This document shows, piece after piece, positions 10,019-18,210 of a stretch of DNA of 64,000 nt. The DNA comes from an uncultured Muribaculaceae bacterium (GTDB lineage: Bacteria; Bacteroidota; Bacteroidia; Bacteroidales; Muribaculaceae), in NCBI GenBank assembly GCA_947090195.1, contig CAMUND010000001.1, positions 12,236 to 76,235 on the forward strand, in the 5' to 3' direction. Below the pieces are notes generated by a model. That model was not told the origin of the DNA and ran no database searches. It saw only the letters and a program-made list of their open reading frames with translations. Within the stretch, counting starts at the first letter, position 1, and every line of letters starts with the position of its first letter. Both the position numbers and the translations under genes were made by a program.

Positions 10019-10254
10019 GTCGGGCAACTCGGGCTTCTCAGGTAACTCGGGCGACTCGGGGACAATTAAGGAACGTCATTCGACGTTCTTGTCGCATCAT
10101 TGTTCCGTTATACCCCACATTTCGCTGCGCTCAATGCGAGGCTTACAATAATGCATCGTCTTCGACGATGTTTTTCTCATGATGCTGTAGGGCAGGGTAA
10201 TTCGGGCTACTCGGGCTACTCAGGCTTCTCCGGCAACTCGGGCAACTCGGGCGG
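10019..10254. repeat. Two blocks of 9-bp tandem repeats (CTCGGGCnn) framing a nested-hairpin REP-like core
   Basis: 5 units at 10019-10063 and 6 units at 10201-10254. Hairpins GAACGTC-ATTC-GACGTTC (10071-10088) and CATCGTC-TTC-GACGATG (10154-10170). Inverted pair GCATCATTGT/ACAATAATGC. Confidence 0.85.
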
Positions 10255-10369
10255 GGTGGGACAAGCCGATGATGAGTTGTCGGGGATAGTTAGGAAAAAC
10301 AGGACACAAATTGGAGCTTTTGGGACGTGAATAATGAGTGAGGTTAAACTTTTGGAACTCTTTTTTTGT

Positions 10370-10377
10370 TAATTTTG
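10370..10377 (+). promoter_or_regulatory. Bacteroidetes -7 box for the efflux operon
   Basis: TAATTTTG about 70 bp upstream of the TolC start. Confidence 0.55.
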
Positions 10378-10447
10378 CAGATGTGTACGTAAAAGGGGAT
10401 AACACCCGTTTTTATGATGTTTAACCGACCAAAAGAGGGATAAAACT

Positions 10448-11902
10448 ATGCAAGGTAACTTACTGAAATATTTCCTGATAGCGGCTGTCACGATGGGCGT
10501 GGCAAAGATGGAGGCTCAGGAATTGACATCCTCAAGCATTGTTTCGCTTGACTCTTGCCGTCAGATGGCTCTTAACAACAATAAGCAGCTGCGGGTACAG
10601 GCTGAGAAGGTGAAGGCTGCCGGCTATCAGAAGAAAGAAGCGTTTGCGGCTTATCTTCCGGCTTTGGATTTCGCCGGAGGGTACGTTTACAACCAAAAGA
10701 ATATCTCGATATTTGACTCCGACCAGCATCTTCCGGTGCAGGTGTTTGACGGAAAAGGGTATCAGTTTGACCTTGTCACGGGTCCCGACGGGATTCCTGT
10801 AAAGGCTCCTGACGGCAGTTATATCCCTAAACAGGTGGCTTATCTGCCCAAAGATGCCATGACCTACGACATCCACAATGTGTTTTTCGGAGCGGTGACA
10901 CTCACGCAGCCTATATTCATGGGCGGAAAAATCGTGGCGATGAACAAACTCACCGACTATGCCAAGCAGCTTGCCGAATCGCTCCATGACAACGGGGCGG
11001 AGGATATAATCTACGCTGTGGACGCGGCTTACTGGCAAGTGGTGTCGCTAAAGGCTAAACATGAGCTTGCAGTGAAGTATGTGGCTCTTCTCGACACTCT
11101 GCATTATAATGTGAATGCCATGGTGGAGCAGGGTATAGCCACGCGAAGCGACCTCCTGACGGTGGATGTGAAGCTGAACAGCGCCAATGTGGACCTGGTG
11201 AAGGTGGAAAACGGACTTACTCTGTCGAGGATGGCTCTCGCCCAACTGTGCGGGCTGCCGGTGAACACGGTGTTCACGCTTGAGGATGAGGAGCTTGACC
11301 GTGACCGGCTGATGCCTGTAGCCACATCTTATAATATGGCTGACGTGTACAGCCGCCGCCACGACTTGCGCGCTCTTGAACTCGGGGTGAAAATCACCGA
11401 ACAGGAAAGCCGGGTGGCAATGTCGTCGATGCTTCCCAATCTTGCGCTTGTGGGCACTTACTCATTCTCCAACCCCAACATGTTCAACGGCTTCAAGAAG
11501 AAATTCAACGGTGCATTCTCGGTGGGAGCGACACTCACGATTCCTTTGTGGCACTGGGGCGGCAACTACAATAAATACCGCGCAGCCAAGACCAACGAAA
11601 CCATAATGAAGCTTCAGGTGGAGGACGCAAAGGAGAAAATACAGCTTCAAGTGAGCCAGGCGGCATTCAAAACCAATGAAGCGGAAAAGACTTACATCAT
11701 GACCAACGCCAACCTTGACAAGGCAAACGAAAATCTGCGCCAGGCAAACCTCGCTTTCCGTGAAGGAATGCAGACAGTGCAGAATGTGATGGAAGCGCAG
11801 ACCGCATGGCTTAAAGCCAACTCGGAGAACATCGACGCGGAAATAGACGTGAATCTGTGTCATGTCTATCTATCAAAAGTACTCGGAACTATGGAATATT
11901 AA
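10448..11902 (+). CDS. TolC-family outer membrane efflux protein
   Basis: Signal peptide, SLDSCRQMALNNN, AYLPALDF, LTQPIFMGGKI, TLTIPLWHWG; two OEP repeats. Confidence 0.9.
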   Translation: MQGNLLKYFLIAAVTMGVAKMEAQELTSSSIVSLDSCRQMALNNNKQLRVQAEKVKAAGYQKKEAFAAYLPALDFAGGYVYNQKNISIFDSDQHLPVQVFDGKGYQFDLVTGPDGIPVKAPDGSYIPKQVAYLPKDAMTYDIHNVFFGAVTLTQPIFMGGKIVAMNKLTDYAKQLAESLHDNGAEDIIYAVDAAYWQVVSLKAKHELAVKYVALLDTLHYNVNAMVEQGIATRSDLLTVDVKLNSANVDLVKVENGLTLSRMALAQLCGLPVNTVFTLEDEELDRDRLMPVATSYNMADVYSRRHDLRALELGVKITEQESRVAMSSMLPNLALVGTYSFSNPNMFNGFKKKFNGAFSVGATLTIPLWHWGGNYNKYRAAKTNETIMKLQVEDAKEKIQLQVSQAAFKTNEAEKTYIMTNANLDKANENLRQANLAFREGMQTVQNVMEAQTAWLKANSENIDAEIDVNLCHVYLSKVLGTMEY

Positions 11903-11914
11903 TTACATTGTGTT

Positions 11915-12946
11915 ATGGCAGATATACAGACTACATCAGGAAATCTTCCTGAGAAAAAAAGAAAAGAGACGGGATTGATGATATCGTTGGTGATAGTCAT
12001 TCTCGCACTGGCGTTGCTTGCGCTTATCGGGTTCCTGTTTATGAAACCTAAGAATGAGATTGTGGAGGGACAGGCTGAAGCTACCTCCGTGCGCATCTCC
12101 GGCAAACTTCCCGGCAGGGTGATGGACATCTACGTGGAGGAAGGACAGAATGTGAAGAAGGGTGACACGCTCATACACATCCATTCCACTCTTGCCGATG
12201 CCAAGCTGTACCAAGCCGAGGCTATGAAACAAGCCGCAAGCGCACAGAACAAGAAAGTGGACACCGGCACACGTAAACAGATCGTGGAAAGCGCCTATGA
12301 CCTGTGGCAACAGGCATCAGCCGCACGTTCCATAGCCGAAAAAACCTACACGCGTCTTGAAAACCTGTTCAAGGAGGGTGTGGTGTCAGAGCAAAAGCGT
12401 GACGAAGCTAAAGCGGCATTTGACGCGGCAGTAGCAGGCGAGAACGCAGCCAAGAGCCAGTACAATATGGCGAAAGAAGGCGCGCAGAAAGAGGATAAAG
12501 AAAGCTCTCTTGCCCTTGTGGACGTGGCGCAAGGCGGAGTGATGGAAGTTGAGGCACTTCTTCAGGACCAGTATCTGACAGCTCCCGCCGACGGACAGAT
12601 AGATGTGATATATCCTCATGAAGGTGAGCTTGTGTCGCTCGGGACTCCGTTGATGAGCCTTGTGAAGCTCGACGACAAGTGGGTTACGTTCAATGTGCGC
12701 GAGGAGATGCTCAACGACCTTCCCATGGACAAGGAGATAGAGGTGATGGTGCCTGCGCTCGACAAGAAGAGAATCAAGGTGAAGGTGTACTATGTGCGCG
12801 ACATGGGTTCTTACGCTGTGTGGCGTTCCACCAAGGCTACCGGCGAATGGGACAGCCGCACCTTCCAGATAAAGGCACGTCCGCTTGAAGATGTTCCCGG
12901 ACTACGCCCCGGAATGTCGATAATCTACGATGCCCCCAAGCATTAA
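11915..12946 (+). CDS. HlyD-family membrane fusion protein
   Basis: N-terminal TM, ISGKLPGRVMDIYVEEGQNVKKGD lipoyl half, coiled coil, LTAPADGQI. Confidence 0.9.
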   Translation: MADIQTTSGNLPEKKRKETGLMISLVIVILALALLALIGFLFMKPKNEIVEGQAEATSVRISGKLPGRVMDIYVEEGQNVKKGDTLIHIHSTLADAKLYQAEAMKQAASAQNKKVDTGTRKQIVESAYDLWQQASAARSIAEKTYTRLENLFKEGVVSEQKRDEAKAAFDAAVAGENAAKSQYNMAKEGAQKEDKESSLALVDVAQGGVMEVEALLQDQYLTAPADGQIDVIYPHEGELVSLGTPLMSLVKLDDKWVTFNVREEMLNDLPMDKEIEVMVPALDKKRIKVKVYYVRDMGSYAVWRSTKATGEWDSRTFQIKARPLEDVPGLRPGMSIIYDAPKH

Positions 12947-12979
12947 CCATATTATATAGACCTTTTTAACGGAAAAGAG

Positions 12980-14137
12980 ATGAATACTTTACTGAATGCG
13001 ATAAAATACGGAGTCAGGCAGCTTGTAAGCCGCCCGCTGTACATCCTTGTGATGATAGGGGTGCCTGTGGCGTTCTCTCTTTTCTATCTGAGCCTGATGG
13101 ACAACGGTCTTCCGCTGCAAACTCCGGTGGCAGTGGTGGATCTTGACAACACCGAGCTTTCGAGAAAAGTGATACGCAATCTCGGAGCGGGCGAACTCGT
13201 GAGCATCAACTATAAGGTGGACAGCTACGAGGAAGCTATGTCGCTTGTGAAAGCCAATAAAGTGTACGGATTCTTTATGATTCCCCGCAACTTCCAGCGT
13301 GATGCCGAGTCGCGACGCGAAACATGCATCACCTATTACTGCAATATGGCTTACTTTATTCCCGGAACCCTCTCTTTCAAAGGGTTTAAGCAGACTGCCG
13401 TAACAACATCGGGAGGTATAGCCATGACAACGCTGGTGGGCGCGGGTGTCAATCAGTCGCTTGTGGAGACAATGCTGCAGCCTGTCACTGTGCAGGATCA
13501 TCCATTGGGCAATCCTTGGCTTAACTACGCTATCTATCTTGGCAATTTCCTGCCGTGTCTGCTGCAGCTGATAATATTTCAAGTAACTGCATTTGCGCTT
13601 CTTGACGAAATAAAGCGCGGCACCTCGCCGGCATGGCTCCGCAGCGGAGGCGGTTCGATCGTCATAGCCGCAGCCGGCAAGCTGATGCCTCAGTTTGTGA
13701 TTTTCTCGGTTGTGGGACTGTTCATGCAGTCGCTGATGTACGGTTACAATCATTTTCCGCTCAACGGCAGTGTATGGGCTATGATAGCGTCGATGCTTCT
13801 TCTTGTGGCGGCATCGCAGGCTATGGCACTCACCATATGCTGCATAACGCCCAACCTGCGCATAGCATTGTCGCTGCTGTCGCTCACCGGTATACTCTCG
13901 TTCTCAATAGCGGGATTCTCATTCCCGGTGGAGGACATGTATCCTTCGATAGGAATCCTGTCGTTCCTGCTTCCAATAAGATATTACTTCCTTATCGCAG
14001 TGAATGTGGCTCTTAACGGTTACGACATTTATTACTGCCGCTGGGACTTCATATGCCTTATACTGTTTATGATTGTGCCTTTCACGGCACTTTGGAAACT
14101 AAAGCGTTACTCATCCCGTCCGGTGTACGTGCCTTAG
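12980..14137 (+). CDS. ABC-2 type exporter permease
   Basis: PVAVVDLDNTELSR, six TM helices, FSIAGFSFPVEDM. Confidence 0.88.
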   Translation: MNTLLNAIKYGVRQLVSRPLYILVMIGVPVAFSLFYLSLMDNGLPLQTPVAVVDLDNTELSRKVIRNLGAGELVSINYKVDSYEEAMSLVKANKVYGFFMIPRNFQRDAESRRETCITYYCNMAYFIPGTLSFKGFKQTAVTTSGGIAMTTLVGAGVNQSLVETMLQPVTVQDHPLGNPWLNYAIYLGNFLPCLLQLIIFQVTAFALLDEIKRGTSPAWLRSGGGSIVIAAAGKLMPQFVIFSVVGLFMQSLMYGYNHFPLNGSVWAMIASMLLLVAASQAMALTICCITPNLRIALSLLSLTGILSFSIAGFSFPVEDMYPSIGILSFLLPIRYYFLIAVNVALNGYDIYYCRWDFICLILFMIVPFTALWKLKRYSSRPVYVP

Positions 14138-14162
14138 TGGGTACTTAATAATATGAAGAGTT

Positions 14163-15386
14163 ATGAAAGGAATCTTGAATAATATAAAAGAATGGTGGCT
14201 TACACTTTTCCTGACCTGGAAAAATGAGTATAAGCTCGTGTTCAAGGATGCAGGTGTGCTCCTGTATTTCTTCGCGTTGCCGTTGCTGTACCCCATCGCC
14301 TATACACTTATATATAATCCGGAACTTGTGACCCAAGTGCCTGTGGCTATTGTGGACAACAGCCGCACCGCCGACAGCCGTGAGTTTTCGAGAATGCTCG
14401 ATGCCACACAGAATGTGGAGGTGAAAGGCTACGCCGCCAATATGGAGGAGGCTAAACGCTGGATGAAGGAGCGCAAGGTGTACGGCATACTTGAGATTCC
14501 GGAGGACTACGCTCGCCGTATAGGACGAAACGAACAGGCAGTGATGCAGATATACTGCGACGTGAGCCTTCTGCTCCGTTACCGTGAGATACTCTTCGCA
14601 ATAACTGACTTGTCACTTAAACTCGGAAGCGATATACGCGCTGAACTGCTTGACCCCACTCCAGCCACGGCGGTGCTGTCATCGGCAGGGGAAAACGCGA
14701 CTATAGGCACGCAGTCGTTCTTCCTTGGCGACGTTTCGCAGGGATTTGCTTCGTTTATCATGATGGGTATCGTGGTGTTCATCCTCCAGCAGAGTATGGT
14801 GCTCGGAGTGATGATGCTTGGCGGCGGCAGCTACGAACGTCGTCAGCGCAACCATGGCATAGACCCTCTTGAGGTGCCGGGTCCCATGTCGGCTTCCATC
14901 TTAGGCAGAGCGTTCTGTTATCTCACGCTTTATGCGCCGCTTGTGATTTATATTCTTCATTATGTGCCGTTGATGTTCAAGCTCCCTCATGTGGGCGATC
15001 CGCTGGATTTCCTTGCGCTGATGCTCCCAATGATGCTTGCTGCTACATTCATGGGTCAGATACTTCGCCCTCTTGTCACGGAACGCGAGACATCCTTCCT
15101 GATTTTTGTGTTTACTTCCGTCATTTTCCTCTTCGCGTCAGGCATCACCTGGCCGAGAAGCGACATGAGCGGTGTATGGCTTATGTTCAGCAGCCTTATT
15201 CCTTGTACATGGGGAAGCGAGGGTTTTGTAGCCATCTCATCCAACGGAGCTTCGTTGTCCGATGTCAAGACAGCTTACTACATGCTGTGGATTCTTGCCG
15301 TGGCGTTCTACTTTATAGCCCTGAATGTGGAGAAGCTGTGCCAACGCCGTGACTTGCGACATTACAAGGTGCCCTCGATGCGGTAA
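14163..15386 (+). CDS. ABC-2 type exporter permease
   Basis: PVAIVDNSRTADSRE, multi-TM, FLFASGITWPRSDM. Confidence 0.88.
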   Translation: MKGILNNIKEWWLTLFLTWKNEYKLVFKDAGVLLYFFALPLLYPIAYTLIYNPELVTQVPVAIVDNSRTADSREFSRMLDATQNVEVKGYAANMEEAKRWMKERKVYGILEIPEDYARRIGRNEQAVMQIYCDVSLLLRYREILFAITDLSLKLGSDIRAELLDPTPATAVLSSAGENATIGTQSFFLGDVSQGFASFIMMGIVVFILQQSMVLGVMMLGGGSYERRQRNHGIDPLEVPGPMSASILGRAFCYLTLYAPLVIYILHYVPLMFKLPHVGDPLDFLALMLPMMLAATFMGQILRPLVTERETSFLIFVFTSVIFLFASGITWPRSDMSGVWLMFSSLIPCTWGSEGFVAISSNGASLSDVKTAYYMLWILAVAFYFIALNVEKLCQRRDLRHYKVPSMR

Positions 15387-15391
15387 AGGCA

Positions 15392-16051
15392 TCAATCTTC
15401 GTAAGGAGTGGTGTCGGTTATGCCGGCTTGTGCGAGAGCCTCGCGCCGTTCCACGCAAGTGCCGCATTTTCCGCAGTGCTTTTCACCTCCTTTGTAACAT
15501 GAATAAGTGGTGGAATAGTCTATTCCAAGACGTTTTCCGCGTGCCGCTATCTCTCCTTTTGTGAGATGGGTGTAAGGGGCTTTGACCTTTATGTGCTCGT
15601 AAGTGCCGGCTTGCACCGCCCGGTCCATAGCGTCGACAAATTCGGGTCGGCAGTCAGGGTATATGGCGTGGTCTCCGGCATGGTTGGCTATCATGATGCT
15701 TTTAAGTCCGCGGCTTTCGGCAAGTCCTGCTGCTATCGACAGCATTATGCCGTTGCGGAACGGCACGACGGTCGACTTCATGTTGTCGTCGGCATAATGT
15801 CCTTCCGGGATCGCATCGGCTCCGCTCAACAGCGAACTTTCAAAATATTTGCTCATAAAGTCGAGCTTTATTTCTATAAGTCCTATTCCGAGAGCTTCGC
15901 AGTGTTGCCGTGCGCAGGCTATCTCGCGTTCATTGTGGTTAGAGCCGTAGTTGAAAGTCACAGCAAGAGCTATCTCTTCATTATAATCATGCAGCATTGT
16001 CACGGAATCCATGCCGCCCGACAATACCATCAGCGATTCATTCTTGGGCAT
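15392..16051 (-). CDS. queC: 7-cyano-7-deazaguanine synthase
   Basis: SGGMDS, VPFRNGIML, YPDCRPEF, CYKGGEKHCGKCGTC zinc motif. Confidence 0.95.
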   Translation of the reverse strand: MPKNESLMVLSGGMDSVTMLHDYNEEIALAVTFNYGSNHNEREIACARQHCEALGIGLIEIKLDFMSKYFESSLLSGADAIPEGHYADDNMKSTVVPFRNGIMLSIAAGLAESRGLKSIMIANHAGDHAIYPDCRPEFVDAMDRAVQAGTYEHIKVKAPYTHLTKGEIAARGKRLGIDYSTTYSCYKGGEKHCGKCGTCVERREALAQAGITDTTPYED

Positions 16052-16067
16052 AAGCGGTAAAGAGTGT

Positions 16068-16541
16068 TTAGAAGTTGTTGCGGAAGGAGGCGAGGAGACG
16101 GGCCTTGACCATGTCCTGATGCTCGGAGTCGCCGTAGTTGGCGAAAGGATAGATGGATATTCCGCCGCGGGGAGTGAACAGCCCTATGACTTCAATATAG
16201 CGGGGATCCATGAGCTTGACAAGGTCCTTCATTATGATGTTGACACAATCCTCGTGGAAGTCGCCGTGGTTGCGGAAGCTGAACAGGTAAAGTTTCAGGC
16301 TCTTGCTTTCCACCATCTTTTCCCGGGGGATGTAGTTTATGATTATTTTAGCGAAGTCAGGTTGTCCGGTTTTGGGACAGAGGGATGTGAACTCGGGGCA
16401 TGTGAATGTCACGAGATATTCGTTGTCGGGGTGCTTGTTGACGAATGTCTCAAGCACTTCGGGGGCGTACTGCACCGGGTATTTCACACCTTGGTTACCC
16501 AGCAGAGTCACCCCCACAAGTTCTTCGTCAGTTCGTTGCAT
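16068..16541 (-). CDS. queF: preQ0 reductase (type I QueF)
   Basis: [42 protein letters not shown]. Confidence 0.95.
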   Translation of the reverse strand: MQRTDEELVGVTLLGNQGVKYPVQYAPEVLETFVNKHPDNEYLVTFTCPEFTSLCPKTGQPDFAKIIINYIPREKMVESKSLKLYLFSFRNHGDFHEDCVNIIMKDLVKLMDPRYIEVIGLFTPRGGISIYPFANYGDSEHQDMVKARLLASFRNNF

Positions 16542-18188
16542 TTACTTTTTCTTAAATGTGGGTTCAGTCACTTTCAGGCGTTCACCTGCATCCTTAGCCA
16601 CGGCGCGGTAATATTCTTCGGAATAACCGCCGTACTGGGGGAAGCGGCACTGTCCTTCAGGAGTGAGTTCAAACACTCCCGGCGAGGTTTCATACTTGAT
16701 GTTGCCGTCCATGTATTTTACCAACAGATAATCGCCGAGTTTCTTGAATTCGCTTGTTGAATGTTCAGCCCAATGGTGCGAGAATTCGGAAAGTTCCTTG
16801 CGCTGGCTTTCAGCGGGAAGGGAAGCAACTCTTGCTTCGGTCTCTTTCACGGCTTTCTCCATAGCGTCCTCAAGCCCGTTCTGCACACGGCGGATGTCGG
16901 GTATCATCTGAGAGTAGCGGTTGTAAGCCTGATTTGCTACATAGTTGTGTACCCAGAACGCAGCATCCCAGGAAAGTGTCACCATGTCACCGTTGCCGGG
17001 GGCATAGCAGTGGGGCACTTCGGTCAGGCACGAATATATGGGCACATACACGCAGGTGTTAGTGTCGTCGACACCGAACCACAGCACGCCTTTCATAGCC
17101 TCGGGCACTTCGTCGCGCAGCTGCGCCACAAAGGTGAATCCGGTCTGCTGAGTAGCGATGGCACGTTCATTGGTGTATTCCACACTGTCCACAGTGAAGG
17201 TCATGGGTCGCCAACGGTAAGGCACTTTGTAGGGTCCTGCACCCACGTCCTTTGTCATGTCGAAAGGAGTGTCCTCGAAGTGGTCGCGCATAGCCCACTG
17301 CATGTCACGCACAGTTAACGCACTGTCAGGCTTTACCCATAGAGGCATAACTTCGTCCTCTCCGTTCATAATCCACGGAAGGTAGCGGTCCATCCCTTCA
17401 GCATGGCGGTTGAAGAATGACCAGATGCGAGCGTCACAACCTCGGAGCGCACCGAAGTCGGTAACGGCATATGCTTTAGAGAAGTCGAAATCCTCGTCTT
17501 TACCTTTATAATATCCTTTGCGTCGGGCGAAGTCTATTACATCGGGGGAGTAGAGCGTTTCGGGGTCTTTGAGCGGGAACTTGTGTATGCGCGGATGATT
17601 GGCATGACCTGAAATCATTCCGTCAGGGATGCGCCTTGCCACCCACACTGCGCCCTTTTCGTCAGGACCTTTGCCTATGAGGTCCATAATCCATGCCTCT
17701 TTTCCGTCAGCTATGGAGAATGACTCGCCTTCGCTGTAATAGCCGTGGGTGTTAACCAGGTCAGTCATTACTTTTATCGCTTCACGGGCGGTTTTGGCAC
17801 GTTCAAGTGTAATGTAGATGAGAGAGCCGTAATCGATGATTCCCTTGGGGTCCTGAAGTTCGGCGTGTCCTCCCCATGTGCTCTCGCTGATGGCGAGTCC
17901 ATGCTCGTTCATATTGCCTATGGTGGCGTAAGTGTGCCTTACCTGAGGTATTTCGCCCAGATATTTGCCGGTGTCCCATTCGTAGACTTTGCGCATGGCA
18001 CCTTCGGGATAGTCGGCGGCGGCTGATGAGTACAGTTCGCCGTAAAGGCTATGGGAATCGGCGGCGTAGGTTATCATCACACTTCCGTCAGCGGTAGCTC
18101 CGGGAGTGGCGATAAGGCTTGTGCAGGCAAGTGCCGCTCCCGTGGCTACGGAAGCGAACACTGCTGCAGTTGTGATTTTTTTTATCAT
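16542..18188 (-). CDS. Peptidase C69 family dipeptidase (Ntn hydrolase), secreted
   Basis: Signal peptide followed by CTSLI nucleophile Cys; NMNEHGLAISESTWGG, IDYGSLIYITL, ERAIATQQTGF. Confidence 0.88.
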   Translation of the reverse strand: MIKKITTAAVFASVATGAALACTSLIATPGATADGSVMITYAADSHSLYGELYSSAAADYPEGAMRKVYEWDTGKYLGEIPQVRHTYATIGNMNEHGLAISESTWGGHAELQDPKGIIDYGSLIYITLERAKTAREAIKVMTDLVNTHGYYSEGESFSIADGKEAWIMDLIGKGPDEKGAVWVARRIPDGMISGHANHPRIHKFPLKDPETLYSPDVIDFARRKGYYKGKDEDFDFSKAYAVTDFGALRGCDARIWSFFNRHAEGMDRYLPWIMNGEDEVMPLWVKPDSALTVRDMQWAMRDHFEDTPFDMTKDVGAGPYKVPYRWRPMTFTVDSVEYTNERAIATQQTGFTFVAQLRDEVPEAMKGVLWFGVDDTNTCVYVPIYSCLTEVPHCYAPGNGDMVTLSWDAAFWVHNYVANQAYNRYSQMIPDIRRVQNGLEDAMEKAVKETEARVASLPAESQRKELSEFSHHWAEHSTSEFKKLGDYLLVKYMDGNIKYETSPGVFELTPEGQCRFPQYGGYSEEYYRAVAKDAGERLKVTEPTFKKK

Positions 18189-18210
18189 ATAGGATTAGTT
18201 ACGTATAAAA

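Noticed and set aside
9916-10065. N-terminal extension of the 9373 ORF in the ORF track
   Set aside because: It runs through promoter and repeat DNA; the lipoprotein signal starts at ATG 9915.
10100-10330. 76-aa ORF with SGNSGYSGYSGFSG repeats
   Set aside because: It is a translation artefact of the 9-bp tandem repeats, with no RBS context or protein-like features.
16530-16560. preQ1 riboswitch upstream of queF
   Set aside because: There is no untranslated leader; the upstream stop codon abuts the queF ATG.
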